Of a DNA stretch of 64,000 bases, positions 44,096 through 56,603 are shown in pieces. Under the pieces are notes generated by a model that saw only the letters and a program-made list of their open reading frames with translations, did not search any database and had not been told where the DNA came from. This DNA is from Minutocellus sp. GHC0000111. Its lineage: Eukaryota. The position numbers were made by a program, and so were the translations under genes. The stretch covers positions 620,001-684,000 of the forward strand of contig OZ361261.1 in assembly GCA_977018835.1 (NCBI GenBank). Direction: 5' to 3'. Each line of letters begins with the position of its first letter. Positions within the stretch are counted from its first letter, which is position 1.

Positions 44096-45832
44096 ATGCG
44101 CATATCTATATCTCTCGTCGCAGTGGCCGGTGGAAGCTTGCTCGTTTCGACCTCCTCGGCATCTGCCTCAAACTCGCCCAATGCCATCAGCCCCTTCGCA
44201 TCCGCCGGCCGTCGACGACGTGTTGCCGGTGGACCGCATGTGGGCCTGGCCTTTGCGACCGTATCGTCCGACGTCGTCGACAAGGCCAAGAATCGCGTTC
44301 TGTCCCTGGCCAGCAACATCAAGGAGGATTCCAAGACCGGCGTCTTCATCGCCGACGCCGGCGTGAGGTCCGACCTCAAGAGGGCCGTCGCTGACCTCGA
44401 GGCCGTGTGTGGCAACCCCACCGATCGCGAACGGCAGCTCATGATTGGAGATTGGACGTTGCTTTGCACGACCAACTCGGCCAACGGCAGGGGCAACAAT
44501 GATAGCGGTGCCAAAAGGAAGAAGAAGGGCCCCAAGCTCCCCTTCAAGCTACCGGAACTGCCCTTCCAAAACAAGCTGACCAAGTCCATTTCGGTGACTC
44601 AGCGCATCCGGTGCATGGACGAGGATGCCGTCGGAGATGCCAAGGTGATTGACCGCGTGGACAATGTCATTGAGTTCACGCCCTTTGCCGATACCGTCGG
44701 AGATCTGCTCTGGGACGGCCTGCCCTTCGCTGCCGCCCTCAAGGATTTGACGGTCAATCCTCTGGAGGTGAAGAAGTCGAAGATTTCGTTGATTCACAAG
44801 GCCGAGGTCCAGTCCGTTGCGCCGGTTCTGAGGACCAAGATCAACCTGCAAAGCTACGTCCGTGAGTATGCATAACGTGAATCCTAACGTTTCGCCTTTC
44901 TGTCGTCATAATTCCTTTTTGTATTTCTAACATGTGCCCTTTATTTTAATATTCCAACAAAACTACATGTATTCTCGCACATGCATGCAGTGACTGTCGC
45001 TGGAACAAGTCAATATCTTGAACCCGAGGGTGCCGATCTACTTGGGCTGAATGTGCCGCTGGGTGAATTCCAGTCGGGAATGTTCGACACCACATATGTC
45101 GACGAAGAGCTGAGAATTAGCCGAGGAAAGGTCGGCCTGGTGGAAGTTCTGCGGGTGTTCGTGCGGAAGGGCATCGATGCCGAGGTTGGAGCTCTGGTCG
45201 ACGAAGATGCGATTGCTGGATCGACAACAACATCTGACGATGACGGAGCAGCACCCGAGGAGGAAGGCGACAAGCCAAATAAGCTGGAAAAAGTTCGCAG
45301 TGCCGTAGAAGGAGTTGCCGATGCTGTCCGTAAGGTCAATGAAGATGTAGTGGAAACAATCAAGGGGGATATGGACGATGTTGTTGAGGCAGTCGAGGGC
45401 GTTGCTGATGCCGTCATTGGGAAGGAGAATAGAGAGATGATTGAGAACGAAATAAAGGGCGAGATCAAGAATGTCGAAGATCTTGTGGAGGATGTGGAGG
45501 AGAGCATCAATGAGCTTCGCGATGCAGCCCAAAATGTTACGACGGCGGTACAGAAGGTTGGCGATGATGTATCAGACGCCATCAAGGACGATGTCGATGA
45601 TGTCGTAGAGGCTGTTGAGGGTGTGGCGGATGCCGTCATTGGGAAAGAAAATAGAGAAATGATTGAGAAGGAAATTGAAGGTGAAATCAAAAATGTCCAA
45701 GAGACTGCGGAAGATGTTCAAGATGCCATCAAGGAGGTTCAGAGTGATATTGAGGAGCAGCTCGGCATCAACCAAGAAGAAGAAGAGGGGGAGGATGATG
45801 AGGAATCATCTGAGGAGGGAGATTCTGCCTAA
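44096..45832 (+). CDS. PAP/fibrillin family protein, copy 2
   Basis: Same translations as 19854-21590. Confidence 0.88.
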
Positions 45833-46131
45833 AGGGTGATCTATTTGGCTGAGGGTTGAATAATTGTACGTAAAGCACTCTGATGTAGTTGCATGTACCG
45901 GTAGATCTGTTTCATGTACATGTAAGGGGCAGTGGATCGAACAGCAGCAGAAGCATTCTTCTTGGTCTGTCTGCCACCCTGATCCAGAATTCTTTGCATT
46001 CAACAGGTTATGAGCGCCACACGGCGACGAACATGCTGATGTCGCCGTCGGCCGTTGTTCGTTTGCCTTGCGTACTGCAGTCTTTGCTTGTAGTCGCCAG
46101 TCCGCACATACCGCACATAGCGCATAGAAAG

Positions 46132-47764
46132 ATGGGAATTGTCGACTGCCGAGTCGGTCTTGTAGCTGCACTGCTGTTGCAGGCTGCGACCATCCCTCAT
46201 TCGTTGGCATTTACGCCGATTGCCAATACACATTCGTCTTCTGTACTTGCACCACCATCATCGGCTGCTTCCGCAACTCGTCTCTATTCGGTGGCACCAA
46301 AGGAGGAGGAGAAGGTCCTTCGCAAGGAAATTGCCGAAAAGAATAGCAGAATTGAAAATGAGAAAGACTTTGGGGTTATCGATGGAAATATTCCCGAAGA
46401 AGAGGAGAAAGAAGATGTGCCAGAAGTAGCCTCCTCCTCGAAGAAGTTCCTTGCGACACAGATTCAGCGGGCAACCAAGCCTCGCGCGTACCCTCTGTTC
46501 CTAGCGGAGAAGGCCGCCGGCCTGGTGGAAGAAGTTGCCTTCAAGGTCTCTGGATCTTCAAGTGCTGAAAACATTTATGTCAATGGAGAGCTGCCGAAGA
46601 AGGAGAAGGTCGTTGTGCTGGGCACTGGTTGGGGAGCAGCGGCATTCCTCAAGGACGTTGACATGTCCAAATACGATGTGACTGTCATCAGTCCGAGGAA
46701 CTTTTTCTTGTTCACCCCTATGCTCGCTGGTGCTGCCACTGGTACTGTTGAGTACAGGTCGATCACTGAGTCGGTGCGCGAGATCAGCAAGAAGGCCAAT
46801 TTCCTGGAGGCTACGGCCACCGAGATTGACCCCAAAACCAACACCATCACCTGTGAGTCAGTTGTCTGCGAGGGCACCAGTTGCAAGATTAACGACTTTA
46901 CCGTCGATTATGACAAGCTTATTGTTACTGTCGGCGCGCAAACCAACAGTCCTCGCTCCTTTCGACAAGTCTCTTCAGCAAGAAGCCATCCGCCAACTAA
47001 CAAGTGCCCCTAAATTCCGCGACGCAACGGTTGCTAACCTTTTGCCGGGACAGTTCAAGCTCACGGAGCTACTCCTTGACAGCGGTGTCAAAGAGGTGAC
47101 CGATGAAACCATCAAGCTCTCCGATGGTAGCGAGATCAAATATGGTCTCGCCGTTTGGGCAGCTGGTAATGGCCCCCTTCCCATTACACTGCAATTGATT
47201 GATGCCCTCGGTGGAGAGGGTAGCGAGCAGAAAAATGCGCAGGATATCGCCCGCGGACGTTTGGCCATTGATCCCTGGCTCCGAGTCATTGGAGGTGAGG
47301 GTAAGATTCTTGCGTATGGAGACTGCTCCTGCATCGTTGACGGCCAGCTCCCTGCAACTGCACAAGTTGCCAGTCAACAAGGTGAATTTCTCGCCAAGCT
47401 GCTTTCTCGAGGATATGACATGAGCCCGGGTGTTGAAGATGGCATTTTGATCCCCCCGAAACCGACCGCTTCGGACAAAACTCTGTCAGAGTCCATAGCT
47501 GCGTTTGCTATCCAGAACGGCGAATTCGCTGCACCTTTCCAGTTTCTCAACCTGGGAATCCTGGCATACACAGGTGGAGGTTCAGCTTTGGCACAGCTCC
47601 AGGTGGCGCCTAACGGAGAGCCCGTCAAGGGTACCGGAAAGGTTGGGTTCGGGCTGTGGAGGAGTGTTTACCTCACGAAGCAGGTATCGCTGAGAAATCG
47701 AGTCCTCGTCCTTGTCGACTGGCTCAAAGCCCAAGCATTTGGACGGGATATTACACGTGTGTAG
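46132..47764 (+). pseudogene. NDH-2 with the same internal deletion, copy 2
   Basis: Same junction ccaacagtcctcgct at about 46943. Confidence 0.85.
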
Positions 47765-47854
47765 GCAGTAAATGATACTACTGATAAACAAACAGTTTCA
47801 TAAGTCAATACCATTGGTAGTATTAATATTTTTGTTGATGATTAAAGATGAAGC

Positions 47855-49147
47855 TCATATGTACCACACGTTGCCCTCGAGCAAGTCATCAATGTCTGTT
47901 ATTTGCCATGAGCCCAAAGTCGAGGGGCCGCCATTAATACTCGCACTGACTTTCATCTCAAATCGCACCAAATGGGTCACGTCGTTGACCTTACCCTCTG
48001 GGTCGCCTTGTACAACTTGATCTAATTCGACATCTTTCACAGTGAAAATTTCCCGACATTTGATAAGCGCCTGGCAAATGATTGTAGACTCCACAACCCC
48101 CTGACTGTCGGCCTGCTTCTTGGCGAGGGATTCCAGCTCGCCAGCGATTTCACTGATTGCCTCGCCCATACCCAGCCTCCTCCCGAGCTTTTCCTCCTTC
48201 TCTTCCAAGTGCACCCAAACATTCCGAAGGGCATGCCGAAGGGCAGGAGTTGCCTCAACTCGTTCGCAGGTGATGAATGGGATGAGGAACATGCTCATAA
48301 TTTCGGCATCATAGGGTTCTGTTTGTAGACGTATTTGCAGGTTGTGGCGGGTATGTTCGTGGGCCGTCTCGTAGAGGCATCGAAGCTGTTTCTGGAGCAT
48401 GTATTCCAGCTCAGGTGCATTTTCATCGTCAAAGTCATCCTCTGGTTTTGGTTCCGAGATATCAGTTGGATGGGGAGGAGGCGCCACAGTTTGGTCAAAG
48501 TTCACAACGAACGACGATGGCTCTAGCTCGATTGATGACGAATCATTGCCATCCTTGGAACCACCGCCTTCCGCTCTCTCTTCATCGCTCACATCTACCG
48601 AACTCCCTGGTCGCGACACTATGCTCTCCATTGGCACGTGATACGTTCGCGAGAGTAGACCAGCAACGGCCATCTGAAACGCCCAGGCAAATTGACCGGC
48701 CATTTCCTCCTCCCAGCCTCGGAAGAAGAGCACCTTGTAACTTGGAATGTTTAGCATCGATGCAGCGTTCCAGTAAAGCGCACCACGCACCCACCGATTC
48801 AATGGGGGCATCCCAGGCCCGACATATCCACCTTGTGAGCTGTACTCCGGCGTTCCCGGACAGAGTCGAGGCAGCGGTGATGGAGAGTGGCGCCAGGGAA
48901 ACAATGCGCGGATGGGATCCACTTGGTGCTCGGAGATAAAATCGGAATTATCGTTCGGTCGAGCTCGGTCTGGCGAGGAATCGTTGCTGGATTTGAGTTG
49001 AGGTGGTGATGTTGGGTCACCGCCGGCCGAACCGCCCGAGAGCAGCCTTCCTGTGATTAGTGCTGGTGTTGGTGTGCTGCATTTTACGGGCTGGCGATGG
49101 AAACAACACGCCAATACCCGCCCATTTGACTTTGATACGCTGCTGCG
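47855..49147 (-). pseudogene. Tim44-like domain protein, copy 2 (last residue Ile instead of Thr)
   Basis: Duplicate of 23613-24905 with SNP at 47859. Confidence 0.55.
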
Positions 49148-49755
49148 TATTGGAAAGATGGAAGAGGAAGCAAAGGACCAGGAAGGTCAAGAGGATGGGA
49201 TCTCGAATGACGGATAGCGGAGTATCGGCGTGGGGCATTCCCGCAGATTCCTCCGCCGCATCGCTCTGCTGGCCAAATCCAAAGTTGAACGAGGGCTTGG
49301 GCTGGAACTCCTTCTTGTTCTCCGGCGCGGGGGCACCATCGGCACCAGGAGGGGCGTAACTAGAGCTGTTTGCCTCAGAATGGGTAGTGGGGGGACCACC
49401 CTCGGCCTTCTTCTCCGTATCAGATTCCAGCGTCAGCCCACGGGCGGCGTCGTGATCAATGTCTTCGGGTCGGATCTGTGCCAAGAAAAACAAGACTCCG
49501 GCCAATGCGATCGGACTGACGACGAAGAGGTAGCCAATGTTGGGATACAGAAAGAACGCCAAGACCGAGCCCGTCAAGACAATGATGGCCGTACCAAGAT
49601 GGTTCATCATCTCGTTCATCGCTACCTGCCCAGTCATACCGACTGCGCCAACGATGCCCTGCGTGATGGAGTTCAGGCCTGGTGGGATCATGGCGGTCAC
49701 TGCTCCCTGGATGAACTTGATCAACACCATGAAAGCCAGGTTCGCGATGCCGGCT
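49147..49755 (-). pseudogene. MFS transporter fragment, copy 2
   Basis: Duplicate of 24905-25513. Confidence 0.7.
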
Positions 49756-49920
49756 CGTTTTTCTCACTGACTCATTCGACTCGACTCGACTCGGCCGTAC
49801 GTACAGTACGTACGAACTGTCTCATTCTCTTTCTGCGCGACGATGACGATCGAGCGAGCCACTGATACTTACCACGGACCGTCAGTACAGCCGCAGCTAC
49901 GTAGTCAAGCGCATGCCAAG

Positions 49921-50772
49921 ATGATCACGATCTCCTCTCGCCTAGTAGTAGGCCGCTTGGTCTCCTGTAGGCGCACATCATCCTCGCTTCTCAAGCGAAC
50001 CAAGGTCACTTCCTCCATCGAACCACCTCCTGTTCTCCTCGATGATTTTGTGGAAAGCCCAGGTGTAATCGCCCTGATGGAGAGCTCCTTGTACCGTGAT
50101 GCATGGTCCAGACCCTTTGCCTTCACCTTTCCAGATCGAGGTGTTCACTTCCTTTCGGTCGATGTATTTTCTGATCTATCCTCCTCCTTCAAAGTGTCGG
50201 AGTCCTTTGCGCAAATGCATACCGAGCTGGCTACCGATCTGTCGCCACATGCCGAGGTGACACTCGTTGCACGAGGTCCACTGCCATGCCTCGTAGCACA
50301 GTACTACCTGGAGAGTTTGCCTCTTTCGGGTCTGATCTTGGTCGACCCATTGATTGTACCCCGTCGTGGCGGTGAACTTGATACAAACGATACTGGCAGT
50401 GACAATGAGAGCCTACAATCCTCGGTGCAGTCATTTTTGCAGACCACATCCCAAGCCTACTGTTTTGATTTCGAGACAAAAAACGAGAATGGTGAAACAT
50501 TGTTGCTTGACAAAATGCAAAAAAGTAGTGAATACGGTCGATACGATCGTCCTCTCAAGCTGGAGGCTGGGGTCATACCAGTAAAAGTTCTTTATACTGG
50601 GGGCGATGTGACCCACGAAGGAGAATTTCGACGTTGCGCAGAGCGGACTGCTTCGTATCACACCGCAAATGATGGCAACAGCCTTTATGGCGAGGTTGCC
50701 GTAGAAAAGCTAGAAAGGGAGGTTGAGTCGGCAATTGAAACCGTCTTTTCATTTCATGACGAAATTATATGA
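49921..50772 (+). CDS. Alpha/beta-hydrolase-like hypothetical protein, copy 2
   Basis: Same protein; synonymous CAT/CAC at 50661. Confidence 0.55.
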   Translation: MITISSRLVVGRLVSCRRTSSSLLKRTKVTSSIEPPPVLLDDFVESPGVIALMESSLYRDAWSRPFAFTFPDRGVHFLSVDVFSDLSSSFKVSESFAQMHTELATDLSPHAEVTLVARGPLPCLVAQYYLESLPLSGLILVDPLIVPRRGGELDTNDTGSDNESLQSSVQSFLQTTSQAYCFDFETKNENGETLLLDKMQKSSEYGRYDRPLKLEAGVIPVKVLYTGGDVTHEGEFRRCAERTASYHTANDGNSLYGEVAVEKLEREVESAIETVFSFHDEII

Positions 50773-52141
50773 CACTATTTGAGATAGATGTATCGATTGG
50801 CTCCAGCAGTGGGTCTCGCAGCTCGTTTGCTTCATCACCTGATTCCCTACTACAGTCACTGTTTGTCTCCTTGTGCTCAATTCGTCGACGACCAGTGCGG
50901 GAGATCAGCTGGTTCAGTGCGGATGGCACAAGATTTTGTCTTTCGAATTCTTCGGTCTTCTCATATTTAGCCTCTTGATAGCGTTCCTTTTCTGGCAGCA
51001 CATACAGCATGAGCAAATCAACTATTGTTGTGGCAACAGCCAGCAAACCAACAGCCGTTGTTATTGTAATCAAGAACGACAGCATATCGAATTTGTGGAA
51101 TTCCCCACCTAATAGGACCGCAATCTTGATCCCGTGCGCATTTAGGAGCGTCCGCTGGGAACGATATCTATCATAAAAGGGAACGTATTGCTTGAAAGAT
51201 GAACCAGCGATGAGCTGCGGAGCGTAATAATATCCCGGCTCGACGAGGCCTCTGTAGGCAGCAAAATCAGTCCAAAAGATATTGAGCAACAATGTCGCTC
51301 CTGTATCGCGGTATGTCTGACAGGTTCCAGTATTGTGCACGTTGTTGTCATTTGGACCTTCATTGCAGTCGTCGATATCTACTCCAGCCGCCTTCAGCAG
51401 TAAATCCAGAGTAAAGTAATCCTGACTGGCTGATGTTGTTGATGGTTCAATGTAGCATGGCGACGTCCCCGTTTCCTGCTTCCCTCGGTAGCTAACATAA
51501 GATCTTCCGTTTTGGTGTTCAAGTCTGCAAAGGTCAGAGTCTTTGGAAAGTAGTCGGCCCGAATATCTAGAAGATTCTGCCGAGCATGAATAGTGTAGCT
51601 GGGAATGTCCAGAGCAGATTTGTGAGGCAGTCACCGCATGATCAAAAAGAATAGTGAACCGTTCGCTTTGTGCAGTGTAGAACGTATGCTCAACCGACTG
51701 ATCGCTATACGTTCTTGGGCAAGACATGGCATCTGCTCCACAGATCAGAGTCTGGTTGGTTACTGATGCACGAGTGATGACTGCAATGCTCTTTTCTGAG
51801 ACAATTTGTGCGTTGATACTTTCGTATATTTCGCAAGGATAGACGTTGCCTGCATAAGAAGCATTCGATCCATACTGTCGACAATAGGGCAACTCATTCA
51901 AAGGAGCGAAATCGTTACGGCAATTGCGGTCACTGGGGTCGCAATCAGAATTCGTCGGATGTTGTAAAGAGAAGCGTACGACACCCACAGTCGAAGACTT
52001 TTGTAAGAACCCCCCACTTCCCAATAGCTCAAATATTATCACATATGCCGATATTACGACTACGAAGAGATATCGAAGAGATGCCAAGCGCTTGTCCCGG
52101 ATGGCGACGACTTTTACCGTCTCGTACGAGCAGAGGCCCAT
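50765..52141 (-). CDS. P2X receptor-like channel, copy 2
   Basis: Same translation as copy 1. Confidence 0.88.
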   Translation of the reverse strand: MGLCSYETVKVVAIRDKRLASLRYLFVVVISAYVIIFELLGSGGFLQKSSTVGVVRFSLQHPTNSDCDPSDRNCRNDFAPLNELPYCRQYGSNASYAGNVYPCEIYESINAQIVSEKSIAVITRASVTNQTLICGADAMSCPRTYSDQSVEHTFYTAQSERFTILFDHAVTASQICSGHSQLHYSCSAESSRYSGRLLSKDSDLCRLEHQNGRSYVSYRGKQETGTSPCYIEPSTTSASQDYFTLDLLLKAAGVDIDDCNEGPNDNNVHNTGTCQTYRDTGATLLLNIFWTDFAAYRGLVEPGYYYAPQLIAGSSFKQYVPFYDRYRSQRTLLNAHGIKIAVLLGGEFHKFDMLSFLITITTAVGLLAVATTIVDLLMLYVLPEKERYQEAKYEKTEEFERQNLVPSALNQLISRTGRRRIEHKETNSDCSRESGDEANELRDPLLEPIDTSISNSVI

Positions 52142-52508
52142 CGTGTTGTTGAGAACCCAAAGCAAAAAATGAGTGAAATGAGCGAGAATGAGCTTAGCCG
52201 CAGACACTCTTGGGTTGGCCCACCAAGACGAAGGGTCGCCCACGCGCTAATAAGACAAGCTGGTGGCTGACCAACACTCGCCCCTTTGGCGGTATCTTGG
52301 TGCGCGCGTCGCTACAACGCGTCAGCGGCGGCAAAGCAAAGACGCCCATGGGCGTGTCATAATCAAGCAGTTATAGTCCAATCTCCCTCTTTCCCTCTTT
52401 CCCTCTTTCCCTTCTCTCCCCCTTCCCTTTTTCTTTTTACAATTTACTGCTACATCGAGCTGCTTGCTGAAGAAGCCACAAAAGGCGTAGGTGTCAAGGG
52501 AAGGGACC

Positions 52509-53825
52509 ATGCGTCGACCTCCGTCAATCGTCTTCCTTATTACATTCTGCTGGCACAACAGGCTTGTTTTTGCGTTCCTTATTAATTGCAGCGATAGGGC
52601 CGGCAATCAAATTTCTCCAAGGGATCGTCTCCCGACGATCTTTGAAGCGATGATGCCACGATCTCATTCCACGGCAATCAACGGAGAGAACGTCGAGGGC
52701 GATGATTCAAACGATGAAGCAGCTCAATCTTTGATGGAGCTGGCATCGAGACATTTTGCGTCGCAGGCATTGCACGCATTCGTCAAAATGGGTATTCCTG
52801 ACATCTTAGGGTTAACCTACATGAGCGTCGATCAAATATCCGATCTCTTGGACGAAGGGGTAGGCAGCAATTTGCAAAGAAGGAAGGTAAATCGCGATGG
52901 ATTGCTTCGTATAATGAGACTGATAGTTGCAGAAGGTGTGCTTGTCCAAAGTACAGCCAATAGTGAGCAAGAGATCACTTTTGGACTTAGTGCGAAAGGC
53001 AAGCTTCTTAGGAGCGGCGGCCAACGGGACTTGGCAAGTGTAGTTCTACATTGGATGGAAGCACCATTGTGGAATGCATGGGCAGAATTGCCCAATTATA
53101 TTGTCGGCGACTGCACGGTGGGCCAAGATGCAGAAGAAAGTGGCAAAGGTAGAGTAAAAGATGTTCTACCATTCGAGAAAGCGAACGGAATGTCGAGCGA
53201 TGAATATTATTGCCAAGACAACGCTGAATCCCTGAAGAATGCGAATGCGTTTGTTCGATACATATCTAACGAAGAGGAGAAGGCTGTGTTAAGTGGTTAC
53301 AATTGGGCAAAATTGTCTGGGAAGATACTGCTTGATGTAGGAGGGCACAAAGGAAAGGTAATGGGTCTGATTGCCTCAAAATACCCTGAAATTAAGTGCC
53401 GATCCTTTGATCTTCCCGAAATTGTATCTTCCGCAACTGCTCCTGAGGGAGTTGAACTATTTGGTGGTGATATCTTTCAAGGAGATTTGCCTTCATGCGA
53501 CGTTATCTTTATGAAGCATTTCCTTGATAAGGTCATGTGGGACGAGATGCAGACGATTCAGATTTTATCGTCCTGCAGAGACGCTCTGCCCGATGGAGGT
53601 CAAGTCATCATCGCCGAAGCCGTACTTCCAGATGATTGCTCCAGTGCCACTGGGACCAATCGTCTTCACCTCTACATTGATGTGCTATTTCTGCTGGTGG
53701 GACGCGAGGCCGCAAGGACAGAGTCGGAGTGGAGTGACCTCGCAGAGAAGGCTGGGCTTCGCGTGGATTGGATTACCGCTACTTCGGCTCCCAGTTGCTA
53801 TATCATTGTGCTTAGTAAGGCTTAG
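52509..53825 (+). CDS. O-methyltransferase, copy 2
   Basis: Same translation as copy 1. Confidence 0.88.
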   Translation: MRRPPSIVFLITFCWHNRLVFAFLINCSDRAGNQISPRDRLPTIFEAMMPRSHSTAINGENVEGDDSNDEAAQSLMELASRHFASQALHAFVKMGIPDILGLTYMSVDQISDLLDEGVGSNLQRRKVNRDGLLRIMRLIVAEGVLVQSTANSEQEITFGLSAKGKLLRSGGQRDLASVVLHWMEAPLWNAWAELPNYIVGDCTVGQDAEESGKGRVKDVLPFEKANGMSSDEYYCQDNAESLKNANAFVRYISNEEEKAVLSGYNWAKLSGKILLDVGGHKGKVMGLIASKYPEIKCRSFDLPEIVSSATAPEGVELFGGDIFQGDLPSCDVIFMKHFLDKVMWDEMQTIQILSSCRDALPDGGQVIIAEAVLPDDCSSATGTNRLHLYIDVLFLLVGREAARTESEWSDLAEKAGLRVDWITATSAPSCYIIVLSKA

Positions 53826-54162
53826 CGGCTGTCTTTCAATCAGCTGCAGAGCGTCCCTGCCCCATGGCCTATCTAAGTTGGCACGATGTCAATTCACTTT
53901 CTAACTAGCTACATGTACGTAGAAGCTACGCCCAGTTGCATTGAGGCATAGCACAGACATACACTTTCATTCCCGAGCTTGATAATAGTGTACAATACTT
54001 ACTCAGTGCATACCTCTACCACCATGGCACCACACTTGTTGAGTATTCATGCAGATGTTGTCTCAACATTTCTATTCGTAACATTTACCTACCTTGGCAA
54101 TATTTTTTTCGACGTTGCTTCATATGCCGATATTCGCGCCTTGCCATTTGTTTCTTGACATT

Positions 54163-54885
54163 TTAATACCCTGGAGGCCCCGGCATTCCTCGTCCCATGC
54201 CCGGCGGCGGCGGTGGAGGCATACCCCGTCCCATCATTTGCGGCGGGGGACCACCAACGCCATGTACAGGTGCCGCACCCAGTCCGACAGGTGCCGCTCC
54301 CGGTGCTCCGGGCATCGGAGGGGGGACGGCGCCTCGGCCGGCACCTCTCGCCACACCGGGCCCGCCGGGGGCCAGCCTTGCCCCCGCCGACGGTGGGGGT
54401 GGTCCCTCCACGGCCAAGCTAACCACATTCTCTCCTCGCAAGATGATCAAACCCAGTGCGCGCTTCTCCTGCCTCTCTTCGACCACTGCCGACCGATCTC
54501 CCTTCTTCCGGAGGGTGCGGAATTCCTCCGCATCGGACAGGACCAGGTTGAGGTGCTTGTCAAATGCCAGAAATGTGCCGATGATTACCCGGCCATCCTG
54601 CAAGGTTACGCGGAGCCGATGCTCCACGTAACGCAAGAGTTTTGATCCCTTCCCCGATGGCTGGTGTTTGGTTAATGAATTATGATAAGAGTGAGGTCAA
54701 GAGCAAACGAGCACGTGCATGAGGGTGTGAGCAAAAAGGTGATGAAGAAAAAATAGGAAAGGCAAATGTGGCACAAATCGACACGCAAAATGCAAATCAG
54801 AAATAGAGACGATGAAGTGTCAAATTCACGCAGCTCCACGCCGGGGTATGAGAGGAACAAAGGCAGCAACCGCTGTACTCACCAT
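54163..54885 (-). CDS. SNRPB: SmB, copy 2
   Basis: Same translation and intron as copy 1. Confidence 0.95.
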
Positions 54886-55163
54886 CGTCGCGATATGAAC
54901 AGAGCGGGGCAGGAACGGCGAGGCGGCGGGTGGACGACGACGACGGAAAGACGTGCGTAGTTGGAATTACTCCTCTAATTTAAATTGTTGAGGCTCCATA
55001 AAAGGAAAAGTTCGATTGAGGAGTGTAATAGGGACGGAAAGACGGAACGATTCCTCCCATGATGCGATTCATTCTTGCTTCCTCGCGTCGCCGTATCTCG
55101 CCTCGATTGTTGATGAGTTGTTGAGCTTGATTGACATAGATGACTGACTTGCCTTGATGCTCG

Positions 55164-56515
55164 ATGCTCCCCTCCTCAACCTCTTCGAGCGGGAGGCATG
55201 GTCGAAGAAGGCGACGACTTGTCAGGAAAGGGGGTAGGCCAGCATCAAAGCCACGGGAGTGGAGGGTGTTGGTCCTGCTCCTACTGGCTGCACTAACTGC
55301 TCTCTGGCTCCTCTTTTTGATCCTGATACACTTCAAGCTCGGAACTCCAGCCGCCGACCCGTTCCCCTGCTCGGCGGTATATTTTTGGGGTGGCGGCAAG
55401 GCAGGGTCGACGACATTGGCAGCACTTCTCAAGCACGGTTACGAGGGAGACGCGTACCTGGTACGATCCAAATTCAGAGTTTGTTGACTCGCCAAAAAGA
55501 AATTTGTTGGGCAGAAAGGGGGCAGATTCTTCAGCGCAGACAAGACTTCGGTTCTGGGCTGGATGGCCTCTCCAAGTGGAGAGCGATGACACATGGACAT
55601 AAATGCCATCCAGACGATAAACACTTCGTGTTGGATGCCTGTCCACGCTATAATACCAGAGAACATGCAGAGCTGATCATAGAGGAGAATCCAAATGCCA
55701 AGTTCCTCATGCTTATTCGAAATCCTGTGGATCGGCTTATCTCCAACATCAATGACGTTCGACGGGGTCCGGCGGTTGATGTAGAGGAGGCCGTAAGAAA
55801 ACTTCTTCAGCGTAATGTTGAAGGCAATGATATGCCGCAGGGTGGATTGTTGAGGAGGCGGGCCAAGATATTTTTAGACAGCCAACGGCGAAGACTAAGT
55901 GAACGCTTTGAGGGGGAGACAAGTGATTCGGGTGTCATTGATGATGCCAGGAAGGTTGCATATAGAACTAGAAAACGTGATTTGCTCCGAGAACGTCTCA
56001 TCGCGAGGAGAACAGATGCAGCTACCTGGGCGAGGGGCGACAGAGAGAGTGGAGGCGCATTGCATCGAGAAATATTGGGGCAGCAGGGGATGGGTGTACT
56101 GCCACAGAAATTTGATCATGTGTCCCGACTGTCACGGAATCACTGGGAGCTTTCCTTGTACGGGAAAAATTTGCAAAATCTCCTCTCGGTAGTTCCAGCG
56201 TCGCAAGTCTTGATTATCCAAACCGAGGCTTTATCAAAAAATCCACAAGAAACAGTTGCCGACATTCTGAAATTTATCGGGGCATCGAAGGTGAAGACAC
56301 TTCACGAGAATAAGCTGCATGATCGAGTGTCGTACAAGACTATATCTCATGAGCTAACGCAGGAATTGGAAACCGCCTTCAAAGCAGATCATACGCTCCT
56401 TCTGCAGCAACTCGGTGACAAAACATTTCTTTGGTCTTGGCTTAAAGATGAAACAGATGCTGGCGCTAATGAGAATTGGCTTACTACGACGCCTGTTCCC
56501 CGGCAATCTACGTAG
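55164..56515 (+). pseudogene. Frameshifted sulfotransferase, copy 2
   Basis: Same split frames as copy 1. Confidence 0.75.
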
Positions 56516-56603
56516 CTGAGGTTTTTGGCAGTGAAGTTTTACTTTCATTTGTCATAATATTATAAAGTTACAGTTGTGCCATACTTATCTGTCAAAATAC
56601 AAT